From: Candidatus Spongiisociaceae bacterium
GTDB taxonomy: Bacteria > Actinomycetota > Acidimicrobiia > Spongiisociales > Spongiisociaceae
Assembly: GCA_965202665.1 (NCBI GenBank)
Contig: OZ241841.1
Span: 992,001-1,056,000 of the forward strand
Length of the DNA stretch: 64,000 bases
Reading direction: 5' to 3'
The position numbers and the translations under genes were made by a program. This document shows, in pieces, positions 50,891 through 60,244 of the stretch; the stretch's first letter is position 1; every line of letters starts with the position of its first letter. Below the pieces are notes generated by a model. That model did not search any database, was not told the DNA's origin, and saw only the letters and a program-made list of their open reading frames with translations.

Positions 50891-51013
50891 GGCCTGCGCA
50901 AAGCCCGCGGAACTGAAGCGGTGAGCGAGGGTTTAGGCGCAAAAGGGTTACGGATGGAACCGGTCCCGCCTTTCGGTTAGGGCCCTTGCCTTGCCCCCGC
51001 CGGACGCTTCATC

Positions 51014-51271
51014 TCAACAATTGGGAAGATTGTCCAGATTGTTGCGAAGGGACTGATCGTCCCTGGTGGTCAGGTATTTCCCATATCGGGGATGCCGCAC
51101 AACACGGACATCCGCCCGAGATGCGCCATCCCGGGTGTAGTACGTGTGCACCCTGTTCTCGATATGAGAAATAGCATCGGCTTTCGTTACCGAGCCGTAA
51201 CCCGGCCCGCACAGCCTGGTTATGTCCCCATCCGAATTTTTACCAGACCTCGTAACTTGCCTATAAGCCAT
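51014..51271 (-). CDS. DUF3892-family protein
   Basis: GDITRLCG..AISHIE..HTYY..GKYLTT..NNLDNLPNC pattern; GGAGGTGA upstream. Confidence 0.75.
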   Translation of the reverse strand: MAYRQVTRSGKNSDGDITRLCGPGYGSVTKADAISHIENRVHTYYTRDGASRADVRVVRHPRYGKYLTTRDDQSLRNNLDNLPNC

Positions 51272-51523
51272 ATCTTTCACCTCCCTTCTCTCACCCATTA
51301 CCGCTGGCACTACCCGTTTCGGCTACCCACTCGCACCCCTAGGTCTAGGCGATGCGGCCACCGCGACCACCCACGATTACAGCACCCTACCCACTGGTTT
51401 GGGGCCAGCCTTCGGCCTGACCAACCACTTGCCGCAAGCCAGGCTCCGGAAGCGGAGCGCATCGAGCCCAGCCGCCGCCGGGAACGCCATGGTAATCATA
51501 GTGGTCGGCACCGGCGGCTGGAC

Positions 51524-51550
51524 GGGGGCCGTCAATGCCGATAATACATC
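51524..51550. repeat. 27-bp direct repeat, copy B (htpX last codons and stop)
   Basis: Identical to 50864-50890; encodes MYYRH* on the minus strand. Confidence 0.92.
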
Positions 51551-52395
51551 TCCTCCAAGCGGCGGATGCGGTCTTCGATGGGCGGATGGGTGGCGAACAT
51601 GCGTCCGAAGACCCCCTGCCGTCCCCCCGCCCGCCGCCCGAAGGCTTTCAGCGGATCGTCTATGAACAGGGGGCTGACGGTGGGGTTGACCTCCATGGGG
51701 GTGCGCTTGGTGGCCGAACCAATTTTGTCCAAAGCCCGGGCCAGGCTGAGAGGCTGGCCGGTCATCTCCGCCCCGGTGGCGTCCGCCTGGTATTCCCGGG
51801 AGCGGGAGATGGCCATGCGGATGATTATGCCCGCAACGGGGGCCAGAATCATGGCAGCGATGGTCAGAATCAGGTTGGCGACGTTGCGGTCCCGGCCCCC
51901 GCCGAACCAGAAGGCCATCCGGGCGAAGATGGTGAGGGCGGCGGCCAGCATGGCGGCGATGGAGGAAATGAGGATGTCCCGGTTGCGGATGTGGGACAGT
52001 TCGTGGGCCAGCACCCCTTCCAGTTCGTCCTGGGTCATTATTTCCAGGATGCCGGTGGTGACCGCCACCGCCGCATGCTTGGGACTGCGCCCGGTGGCGA
52101 AAGCGTTGGGCTGGGGGGAGTCGATGAGGTGGATGGACGGCATCGGCATGTCGGACAAGGCGGACAGGTGGCGGATGGTGGAGTAGAGGCCGGGCTGTTC
52201 GTTCTCCGCCACCGGCCGGGCTTTGCTGGCCCGCAGAGCCAACCGGTCGGAGAAGAAGTAAACCAACAGGTTGATGCCCACCGCCAAAGCCAACCCGATG
52301 ATGATCCCCCGCACCCCCCGAAACAGGAGCACCCCCAGCATCCAAACCAGGGCGCTCATAAAGCTCAACAGAGCCACCGTCTTAAGATTGTTCAT
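51532..52395 (-). CDS. htpX: Zinc metalloprotease HtpX
   Basis: PNAFATGR, AHELSH, SRSREYQAD, THPP. Confidence 0.95.
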   Translation of the reverse strand: MNNLKTVALLSFMSALVWMLGVLLFRGVRGIIIGLALAVGINLLVYFFSDRLALRASKARPVAENEQPGLYSTIRHLSALSDMPMPSIHLIDSPQPNAFATGRSPKHAAVAVTTGILEIMTQDELEGVLAHELSHIRNRDILISSIAAMLAAALTIFARMAFWFGGGRDRNVANLILTIAAMILAPVAGIIIRMAISRSREYQADATGAEMTGQPLSLARALDKIGSATKRTPMEVNPTVSPLFIDDPLKAFGRRAGGRQGVFGRMFATHPPIEDRIRRLEEMYYRH

Positions 52396-52442
52396 AACCC
52401 CATTCTACAACCCCCGCCCCCCAACCGAAACCGGCCCCTCCG

Positions 52443-52967
52443 CTAACCGGCCTCCCGCTTTTTCGACTCCGGCTTAATCGGAATGCCGAAATGCTCCAAA
52501 AACTCCCGGGTCCGCATCCAGCCAAGCCCCAACCGGCCGCAAGCGGAAGCAACGGAGATATGAGAGTCCTTGTCCCCTGTGTCCTCGGTCACGATGCAAA
52601 CCGCGAGCCCCTCAGATTGAAGTTGCAAGGCGAGCGCCAAAACCCACGGGTCAGCATCATCTCTCTTTTTGCTCGGATCCACCACCTCACCGGCCACGGC
52701 CATCACGCGTTTCATATATCGATCATCAGGTCTGAGAGTATGTCGTAATTTTGCCCGCATCCCCGGGGCCCAAGCACCGGGCAGATCGGGATGGTCAGTG
52801 GTGGTTATTTCGTCGATCACCTGACGCGGCATGGCGATACGACCCTCCTCCACCCTTTTCTCAAGTAATTTGAACGCCTCCCACTGACGGTTGATCGAAA
52901 TTAGGTCCTTGGATTCGATGAGGGAAGAGGTATCCAACACCAAGACCTTCACTCCTTCAAGTGCCAA
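52443..52967 (-). CDS. PIN-like DUF4411-type protein (putative toxin)
   Basis: VLDTSSLI, ADPWVLALA, IVTED, ACGRLG. Confidence 0.75.
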   Translation of the reverse strand: MALEGVKVLVLDTSSLIESKDLISINRQWEAFKLLEKRVEEGRIAMPRQVIDEITTTDHPDLPGAWAPGMRAKLRHTLRPDDRYMKRVMAVAGEVVDPSKKRDDADPWVLALALQLQSEGLAVCIVTEDTGDKDSHISVASACGRLGLGWMRTREFLEHFGIPIKPESKKREAG

Positions 52968-54114
52968 CCAACTCTCCCCTCAGATCCTTCACCTGGCCGG
53001 TAGTCAGCTCCAGGTAATCGGTCAGGTCGCGCTCGTGGAGCCGGCCCCGGTCGGCCGCCGAGAAGAGTATCGCCGGCAACAGCCGTCCGTACTCCGTGAT
53101 CCTCTTGCGGGTGGCTGTCTGCCCCCGGCCGCCGCCCGCGCTGTCCGACCAGTCTTGATTGGGGAACTTGGAGGCCACCGCCCCGTACAGTCCGGCATCG
53201 GCCAATCCGATGGCATGCAACCGGATGGCCATGGCCCGGGCGCTGACCGAAAACCGGTTGGCCAGCCGCCGGGCTGTCTGCGGATCGTCCACTTTGGAAC
53301 CCTCCGCCGCCCCTTGTCGCATCGCTTCCAGACGCAGGCCTTCGGCGGGCAACAGGAAGGAGGCGGCGAACTGCTCACACCATCGTTCGGCGTCCACCTC
53401 TGAATCGCCGGGGCCGACGAACTCCAAGCAAGCGGCGCCCGTCCGCGTCAGCAGATGCCCCGCTTCGTGGAAAAGAGTGAAAATACGGGCGGTCGGGTGA
53501 TAAGCGGTGTTGACCACCGCCGCCGGCGCGTAGTCGTCCCAAATGCTGAAACCCCTGATGCCGTCCTTGCCCATCCTCATCTGGAACACCAGGATTCCGT
53601 TCCTCTCCAACAACCAGCGCCAGTTGCGAAACGACTCATAAGCATCGCGCCAGCCAATCTGCTCATCCGCCGAAACGCCGGACGCCCTGCGCTCCTCCTC
53701 CCCTACCCGGGCCGGGTCTCTTTTTCGTTCAACCGGTTCCAAAGCCACCGGACCGGCGCCGCTGTCCCTTACCACCCAGGAAGTTATCTGCTGCATCCTC
53801 TGGGCTTGCCGAATCTGCCTTAACTCGTCGCGCCCCAGCCGACGGCCATCCGGCCCGGGAGCCCGGCGGAATTTAATGGGGATGCCGGCCTTCACCGGGG
53901 GCTCAGGCAGGTAAAAGATGGCCGACGGACGGCCCAAAACTTGGGCCAGCCTCGCGAACTGCGTGCGACCGGGATAATCTTCCCCGGCCTCCCAGGAACG
54001 AATCTCGGCGACCGGCACCTTCATCCGGTCGGCCAGTTCCTCCTGCGTCAGCCCGTCTTCCTCGCGGGCCCAAGTCAGCACCGACCCGTTGATGGAAACC
54101 AACTGTTTAGCCAT
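52957..54114 (-). CDS. Xre-HTH plus ImmA/IrrE-family metallopeptidase
   Basis: N-terminal HTH (LTWAREEDGLTQEELA..WEAG), FTLFHEAGH, ERWCEQFAASFLLP. Confidence 0.88.
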   Translation of the reverse strand: MAKQLVSINGSVLTWAREEDGLTQEELADRMKVPVAEIRSWEAGEDYPGRTQFARLAQVLGRPSAIFYLPEPPVKAGIPIKFRRAPGPDGRRLGRDELRQIRQAQRMQQITSWVVRDSGAGPVALEPVERKRDPARVGEEERRASGVSADEQIGWRDAYESFRNWRWLLERNGILVFQMRMGKDGIRGFSIWDDYAPAAVVNTAYHPTARIFTLFHEAGHLLTRTGAACLEFVGPGDSEVDAERWCEQFAASFLLPAEGLRLEAMRQGAAEGSKVDDPQTARRLANRFSVSARAMAIRLHAIGLADAGLYGAVASKFPNQDWSDSAGGGRGQTATRKRITEYGRLLPAILFSAADRGRLHERDLTDYLELTTGQVKDLRGELVGT

Positions 54115-54301
54115 ATCGCCCTATTTTGGTAGCGAATCCGCCCTCCGGAGCGGGTTTTCCATAATAAACCCCACCCCGTTTTACCGGTGGCGGCGGGCGC
54201 CCAGCGGAGCGCGTCCCGCACACCCCGCCGTCCCGTTTGGTGACCGGCCAGGAGATGGACGGCCTGTGACCCGTATATACTCAGACCGGGAAAGGAGCCC
54301 T

Positions 54302-54676
54302 TTGGACGCACACATGCTGACCACGCTGGGCAGCTCCCTGGTCGTGCTGATTGCAATGCTGGGATCCGCCGCCTACCTGAAGTCCGCCGTCAAACAGGAC
54401 ATCCAACAACTGGGAACCGACACCCAACAGATGCAAACCGACCTCAAAGAAGACGTGCGGCGCATGGGAACCGGCCTCAAAGGGGACATACAACAGATGC
54501 GAACCGACCTCAAAGAAGAAAACCAACAGGTGGGCGCGAGCGTCCGGAGATTGGACGACCGGGTGTGCTTTTTGACCACCGTCATCCAACATCACATGAG
54601 CGACCCGCCCGATGACCTACCGGAAACTTCCGCCCCGCGCTCGCCCGCCCCCGACCGCAACCCTTCCCGAACCTAA
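54302..54676 (+). CDS. Membrane-anchored coiled-coil protein with 11-aa repeats (Bdr/CCDC90-like)
   Basis: GAAAGGAG RBS, TTG start, TM helix, repeats such as LKEDVRRMGTG/LKGDIQQMRTD. Confidence 0.6.
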   Translation: MDAHMLTTLGSSLVVLIAMLGSAAYLKSAVKQDIQQLGTDTQQMQTDLKEDVRRMGTGLKGDIQQMRTDLKEENQQVGASVRRLDDRVCFLTTVIQHHMSDPPDDLPETSAPRSPAPDRNPSRT

Positions 54677-54957
54677 CCCTCAGAACCACTCCGGCGGCCC
54701 GTCCAGGGCCCGAATCGCCGCCCCGCCTGAACATCCGGCGGCCCCCTGCCGACCGGCCGATGCCCAACCCCGGCGACGGTGAATCGGCTCATGCCCCGTT
54801 GGGCTGAAACCGCCTCTACCGTTGGCAGGAGATCCTTGCCTGCCCTCCCGAATTCGTTTCTCAAAATAAGAGGGAATATTTTTGTCATAGTTAGCGTTAT
54901 AATAAGAATGGACAAACGGCCGCGGGCCGTGTATAATCAAACTAGAAAGGAACCGCC

Positions 54958-55068
54958 ATAGACGCAAACATCCTGACCACCATAGGCAGCATGCTGGCCG
55001 GAATGCTGGGCGTCACCGCCTACCTGAAATCCGACCTGGAAGAAGCCGAGGGCGGCCTCAACTTATGA
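54958..55068 (+). pseudogene. Truncated paralog of the 54302 gene
   Basis: GAAAGGA then ATA-DANILTTIGSMLAGMLGVTAYLKSDLEE..*, matching DAHMLTTLGSSL..MLGSAAYLKS. Confidence 0.6.
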
Positions 55069-55316
55069 CCAGTCGGGAAACCCCGCCGGTTGGGAAACCC
55101 ATAACCCCGCCCGCCGATAGGTGGGAGGCGCTTATTCAGGAGGCGGTTCAAGAGGGAATCGCCGTCGCGCTGTCCAAGTCGGTTTGGGAGGATATCGCCG
55201 CCCAAGTCCGGAGGGAATACAGCAAAACCGGGATGACCGACCTGCGGGCCGCCATCCGGGCAGCGGTTCGGACCGAACTGCGGAAAGCGGCAGGCGGCCC
55301 CCGAACGGACGAATAA
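55065..55316 (+). CDS. Hypothetical protein
   Basis: ATGA overlap with the upstream remnant; non-shadow-like helical composition. Confidence 0.5.
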   Translation: MTSRETPPVGKPITPPADRWEALIQEAVQEGIAVALSKSVWEDIAAQVRREYSKTGMTDLRAAIRAAVRTELRKAAGGPRTDE

Positions 55317-55376
55317 CCGCCGCGCCGCCCGGCCTCGCGGCGGCTTGGGATTCGGCCCGCTCGTTGGCGGCCCCTC

Positions 55377-56456
55377 TTACCGGGCGGGGCGGCGGGCGGC
55401 CAGGACTTGGAAGGCGCCCAGGCCGGAAGGGTCCAACAGGGCCGCCGCCCCGGTGATCCGATCGCGCATTTGCAACCTTTTCAGGGTTTCCCCGGTGCGG
55501 GCCAGTTCCAGTTCCTCCCGCCTCCAAGCGGCGATGCAGGCGGGCAGGCCGTGGCGGGTCAAAAACCGGCGCTGGGTCAGCAACTCGCTTTCCAGGCCGC
55601 GGGCCCGGGCGGCGTCGGCCAGGGCGGTGAAATTCACATCGGCGGTGATGTCGGCTTGGCCGGGGGTTTCCAAAGGATGGGGGCCGGGGCGGTGGGCGCG
55701 GTGGGTGCGCAAAGTTCCCGCCCGGTCGCCGCCCGTCAAATCTTCAGTCGTCCCTCCGTAGTCGATTATCAGAAGGGAACCGGCCGCCAAGCGGTCCGCC
55801 CATTCGGCCAGCCAGTCCCGGGCGGCCAGTTGCGCCACCGCCGTTCCGCCCGGGGGGACATCCCCTGCGTAGGCTTCCAGCCACTCCCCCACCTCCCTCC
55901 GCGCCGGGGCGGCGGTCAGGATTAATTCCCCGTCCTCCTCCCCCACCAGCATTTCCGACCATCCGTCCCGCTCCCGGGCCGCCGCCGCCATCGGCAGGTT
56001 GTCGGCCACTTCGTTGGCGATCACCACCCCCGTCAGCCGGGCGGGGACCTCCGACGGGCTCCAAACTTTTACATGGGGGAGCCGTTCGGCCAGGGCGGCG
56101 CGGGCGGCCGCCGAAACTTCCACCGCCGCCGCCCGGATGGAAACCGACAGGGAAGCCGCCAACGGCTCCAGCAGGGAACCCGAACCGGCCCCGGTTTCCA
56201 CCACCGCGAAGTGGCCCGGCTCCCCCAACCGCCGATGTTCTTCCAGCACATAGCCGGCCAGGGTTTCCCCGAAAGCGGGGCTGACTTCGGGGGAGGTCAC
56301 AAAATCCCCTTCGGGACGGGAACGCACCGGCCCGGCCGTGAAAAACCCGCCCTGCGGGTCGTACAAGGCCGACTCCATGAACCGCTCAAACGGGAGGGGC
56401 CCTTCCCGCCGGATGAGGGAGACGATGCGTTCTTTCACCAGCGGCGCCGTTTCCAA
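55377..56456 (-). CDS. SAM-dependent methyltransferase (MidA/NDUFAF7 family)
   Basis: FMESALYDP, DFVTSPEVS, ETGAGSG, IDYG, DITADVNF. Confidence 0.9.
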   Translation of the reverse strand: METAPLVKERIVSLIRREGPLPFERFMESALYDPQGGFFTAGPVRSRPEGDFVTSPEVSPAFGETLAGYVLEEHRRLGEPGHFAVVETGAGSGSLLEPLAASLSVSIRAAAVEVSAAARAALAERLPHVKVWSPSEVPARLTGVVIANEVADNLPMAAAARERDGWSEMLVGEEDGELILTAAPARREVGEWLEAYAGDVPPGGTAVAQLAARDWLAEWADRLAAGSLLIIDYGGTTEDLTGGDRAGTLRTHRAHRPGPHPLETPGQADITADVNFTALADAARARGLESELLTQRRFLTRHGLPACIAAWRREELELARTGETLKRLQMRDRITGAAALLDPSGLGAFQVLAARRPAR

Positions 56457-56469
56457 CCGGGGGCGGGGA

Positions 56470-58425
56470 TCAGGGGACGGGGGCCAGCGCCAGGCCGCCC
56501 AGCGGGGGCAGGGTGAGGGTCAGGGAAGCCGGGTAGCCGTCCCGGCCTTCGGCTACCGCCTCCGCCCGGCCCAGGTTGCCCGTCCCGCTCCCCCCGTATT
56601 GGGCGGCGTCGCTGTTGATTTCCTCCCGCCACGGCCCCGGCGACGGGCACCCCACCCGGTAGCCAGCGCGGGGAACGGGGGTGAAGTTGAGAACCGTCAA
56701 AACCGGGGTTCCGCCCGCCGGGTCGCGCCGCAGGTAGGAGAGGACGGCGTTGTCCCGGTCGGCTGGGTTCACCCAGGCGAATCCCCCGGAGAGGTGGTCG
56801 CCCCCGTGCAGGGCGGGCAGGCGGCGGTAGGCGGCGGCCAAGTCGGAAACCAGCCGCCGCATTCCGGCGTGGGCGGGGTCGTCCAGCAGGCCCCAGTCCA
56901 GGGAACGGTCGTGCCCCCATTCCTCCCGGGCGGCGAATTCTCCTCCCATAAACAGCAGTTTTTTGCCGGGGAGGGTGAACATGTAGGTGAAAAGCAGGCG
57001 CAGGTTGGCGAACGCCCGCCAGTCATCGCCGGGCATTTTGGAAAGGAGCGAACCTTTGCCGTGCGCCGTCTCGTCGTGGCTGAGCGGCAACACGAAGTTT
57101 TCGTTAGCGGCGTAGAGCGCCCGGAACGTCAGCTCTTCGTGGTGGTGGGGGCGGTGGACGGGATCGCGGGCCAGGTAGCGGAGCGTGTCGTGCATCCACC
57201 CCATGTCCCACTTGTAACCGAAGCCCAGGCCGCCGTGATGGACGGGGCGGGACACCCCCGGCCAGGCGGTGGACTCTTCGGCGAAAGTCTCCGTCCCCGG
57301 AAACTCCCGGTAGGCGGCGGCGTTCAGTTCCCGCAGGAAAAGTTGGGCCGCCCGGTTTTCCCGCCCCCCTTCCTCGTTGGGCGTCCACTCCCCTTCCGCC
57401 CGGGAATAGTCCAGGTAGAGCATGGAAGCCACCGCATCCACCCGCAGGCCGTCGATGTGGTAGCGGTCCAGCCAGCACATGGCGGAGGACAGGAGGAAAC
57501 TGCGCACCTCGTGGCGGCCGTAGTTGAAAATGGCCGAACCCCAGTCGGGGTGAATCCCCTGGCGGGGGTCGGCGTGTTCGTAAAGGTGGGTGCCGTCGAA
57601 GCAGAACGGCCCGTGCGGGTCGGTGGCGAAATGGGAGGGAACCCAGTCCAAAATCACCCCCAGCCCCCGCCGGTGGAGGACGTCGATCAGGAACATCAGG
57701 TCTTCGGGGGTTCCGTGGCGGGCGGCGGGGGCGTAAAAACCGGTGGTTTGATACCCCCAGGAGGGCGGGTAGGGATGCTCGGTGACCGGCATCAGTTCCA
57801 CATGGGTGAAACCGAGGTCGGAAACGTAGTCGGCCAGCGGTTCGGCCATCTCCCGGTAGGAGGGGGGGCGGTTCGGATCGCCCGGGGGGCGGCGCCACGA
57901 CCCCAGATGGACTTCGTAGACGGCCACCGGCCGGTCGCGGGCCGCCTGTTCCGCCCGGTTTTCCATCCACTCCCGGTCGCCCCACCGGTAGGAGGAGCGC
58001 CAGATCCGGCTGGCCCGGCCGGGGCCGTCTTCGACGGCGGCCGCGTAAGGGTCGGCTTTCTGGAGGGCTCCGGCGGGATGGCCGGTGACGATGTGGTATT
58101 TGTAGAGATGGCCGGGGCGGGCGGCGGGGACGAACCCTTCCCAGACGCCGCTCATCCCCCGGAGGGTGAGCGGATGGAGGCCGGGGTTCCAGTCGTTCCA
58201 ATCCCCGATCGCCGAAACTCGCCGGGCGTTGGGGGCCCACACCGCAAAATGGGTTCCCGGCCGGGCCGGATCCTGGGAAGGCTGGGCCCCCATTTTTTGG
58301 TAGAGGCGGAGGTGGCGGCCCTCCCCGAACAGCCACAGGTCTTCATCGGACAGCGGAGAGCGGGGCGGGGCGGCCGGCGGGCGGGTAGTCAGGACGGAGG
58401 CCGGTTCCGGGGCGGCGTCGGCCAT
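56470..58425 (-). CDS. glgB: 1,4-alpha-glucan branching enzyme
   Basis: FAVWAPNA, YEVHLGSW, SWGYQ, GLRVDAVASM, AEEST, LSHDE. Confidence 0.96.
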   Translation of the reverse strand: MADAAPEPASVLTTRPPAAPPRSPLSDEDLWLFGEGRHLRLYQKMGAQPSQDPARPGTHFAVWAPNARRVSAIGDWNDWNPGLHPLTLRGMSGVWEGFVPAARPGHLYKYHIVTGHPAGALQKADPYAAAVEDGPGRASRIWRSSYRWGDREWMENRAEQAARDRPVAVYEVHLGSWRRPPGDPNRPPSYREMAEPLADYVSDLGFTHVELMPVTEHPYPPSWGYQTTGFYAPAARHGTPEDLMFLIDVLHRRGLGVILDWVPSHFATDPHGPFCFDGTHLYEHADPRQGIHPDWGSAIFNYGRHEVRSFLLSSAMCWLDRYHIDGLRVDAVASMLYLDYSRAEGEWTPNEEGGRENRAAQLFLRELNAAAYREFPGTETFAEESTAWPGVSRPVHHGGLGFGYKWDMGWMHDTLRYLARDPVHRPHHHEELTFRALYAANENFVLPLSHDETAHGKGSLLSKMPGDDWRAFANLRLLFTYMFTLPGKKLLFMGGEFAAREEWGHDRSLDWGLLDDPAHAGMRRLVSDLAAAYRRLPALHGGDHLSGGFAWVNPADRDNAVLSYLRRDPAGGTPVLTVLNFTPVPRAGYRVGCPSPGPWREEINSDAAQYGGSGTGNLGRAEAVAEGRDGYPASLTLTLPPLGGLALAPVP

Positions 58426-59261
58426 CACAGCCTCGGCAACAGGCAGTCGAACAGGGCTCCGAAGCGACCGGCGGCTTCTGCGGCCGCTTCCATCACTTCT
58501 TCGGCGGACAGCCGCCCGCCGGACAGCCCGGCCGCCCGGTTGGTGCACAGGGAGATGCCCAGCACTTCCGCTCCCATATGGCGGGCGGCGGTGGCTTCGG
58601 GGACGGTGGACATCCCCACCAGCGACGCCCCCAAAGTGACGGCCATCCGGATTTCGGCGGGGGTTTCGAACATCGGCCCGTGCCACCACAGATAAACGCC
58701 TTCTTTAATGGGGACGCCCGTTTCCTCCCCCGCCCGCCGGGCGAGCCGCCGCAGGCGGGGGGCGTAGACGTCGGTCATGTCGGGGAAGCGGGGTCCGAGC
58801 CGTTCGTCGTTGGCCCCGGCCAGCGGGCTGACCCCTGCCAGGTTGATGTGGTCGGTGATGGCCACCAAATCGCCCGGTTCGATTCCTTCCCCGCATCCCC
58901 CGGCGGCGTTGGTGAGAACCACCGTGCGGCACCCGGCCATGACGGCGGCGCGCACCGGAAAAGTTACGGCCTCCGCCGAATGGCCTTCGTAAGCGTGCGC
59001 CCGGCCGGAGAGGAGCAGTATCCGGTTGGGGCCCATTTGTACGGAGTGGGCGGTCCCGGAATGCCCCATAGCCTTGGGGATGGGAAAACCGGGCAGGTCC
59101 CGGTAGGGGACGGAAACGGTTTCCCCAGGGGCGAAGCGGTCCGGGTAGCCGCCCAACCCGGAGCCGAGCACCGCTACCGCATCGTGTTTTTCCACCCCGG
59201 TGCGCTCCGCCAAGACGCGGGCGGCGGCGGTCAGGCGGTCGTACAGGGGGAGCGGTTCCAT
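58425..59261 (-). CDS. Purine-nucleoside phosphorylase (trimeric type)
   Basis: LGSGLG, GRAHAYEG, TNAAGG, FETPAE, VGMSTVPE. Confidence 0.93.
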   Translation of the reverse strand: MEPLPLYDRLTAAARVLAERTGVEKHDAVAVLGSGLGGYPDRFAPGETVSVPYRDLPGFPIPKAMGHSGTAHSVQMGPNRILLLSGRAHAYEGHSAEAVTFPVRAAVMAGCRTVVLTNAAGGCGEGIEPGDLVAITDHINLAGVSPLAGANDERLGPRFPDMTDVYAPRLRRLARRAGEETGVPIKEGVYLWWHGPMFETPAEIRMAVTLGASLVGMSTVPEATAARHMGAEVLGISLCTNRAAGLSGGRLSAEEVMEAAAEAAGRFGALFDCLLPRL

Positions 59262-59265
59262 CGGG

Positions 59266-59988
59266 TTATTCCGCTGTCAGGGCGCCGAGGGCGATGTCAA
59301 CCATTGTTTCCACCGCCTGGCGCACCACCGGGCGGTGCGGGTTGTATTCCCCTTCGCCGGGCCGGAGCGGGTTGCCGTCCACCGCCAGAACGGCCCCGGT
59401 TTCGATGGAGTGGAGGGCGCCCAGCACGAAAAGGGCGGCGCATTCCATTTCCACCGCCAGGGCTCCGGCCCGTTGCCACATCTCCAAGTCGCCGCCCAGC
59501 ACCTCCCCCGGGTAGAAGAGGGCGTGGGTGAGAACCAGACCGGAGTGGACGGCGCTTTCGGCGTCGGCGGCCTCCCGCAACAGGCGGTCGACCACCGACG
59601 GTGAGGCAACTGCCGGAAAAGAGGGGGGAACCATCTGCTGGGTAACCCCGTCTTCCCGAACGGCGGCGGCGGCGACCACCAGATGGCCGTCGTCGACTGA
59701 GGGCTGCAGACCCCCGCAAGTGCCCGCCCGGATGATGCGCCGCGCCCCCGCCCGGCACAGTTCCTCAAAGCAAACGGCCGCCCCCGGAGCCCCCACCCCG
59801 TGCGAAGAAACCGCCACCGGCATCCCCCGATACTCCCCGGCGAAAGTGGCGTATTCCCGAAACCGCCCCAGCATCCGGGCGCCATCCAACCGCCCAGCCG
59901 CCATCTCCGCCCGCGCCGGATCCCCCACCACCAGCACCCGCTCCGGCACCAACCCAACCTCCACCCGCAAAACCGGCGTAAGAGCCAT
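59266..59988 (-). CDS. Nucleoside phosphorylase (uridine phosphorylase/DeoD-like)
   Basis: VGDPAR, FREY, HGVG, RAGTCG, VEME. Confidence 0.9.
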   Translation of the reverse strand: MALTPVLRVEVGLVPERVLVVGDPARAEMAAGRLDGARMLGRFREYATFAGEYRGMPVAVSSHGVGAPGAAVCFEELCRAGARRIIRAGTCGGLQPSVDDGHLVVAAAAVREDGVTQQMVPPSFPAVASPSVVDRLLREAADAESAVHSGLVLTHALFYPGEVLGGDLEMWQRAGALAVEMECAALFVLGALHSIETGAVLAVDGNPLRPGEGEYNPHRPVVRQAVETMVDIALGALTAE

Positions 59989-60244
59989 TTACATCACCTC
60001 CCAAACTCAAGCTTACCACTACACGAGAAATCTACCAACTCCCCACCAATGCAATCTCATCTTTGTCTATCCATCAAATCCCTAACTTTATCCAACTGTT
60101 TTGGCGGAACCCGCTCACTCCGGTAACCTAAGATACTCCCATAAATATTTCACACTCTGCCAAAATCGTCCCAAATATCCAGTCAAGGGCTTCCTAATGT
60201 CGTAGTTTTAAGTGGCATTTGAATACCATAATAAATTGCCTTTC

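Noticed and set aside
51430-51470. SRP-RNA-like hairpin GCTCCG-GAAG-CGGAGC
   Set aside because: Lacks the conserved SRP internal-loop sequence; only a short stem.
54181-54204. Degenerate copy of the methyltransferase 3' end (55377-55403) as a second att-like repeat
   Set aside because: Gapped, low-complexity GC match that could arise by chance.
56338-58695. Long antisense ORFs (785 aa here; also 7174-8799, 47492-49060, 48978-50474)
   Set aside because: Shadow frames of well-supported genes in high-GC DNA, with no recognisable motifs.
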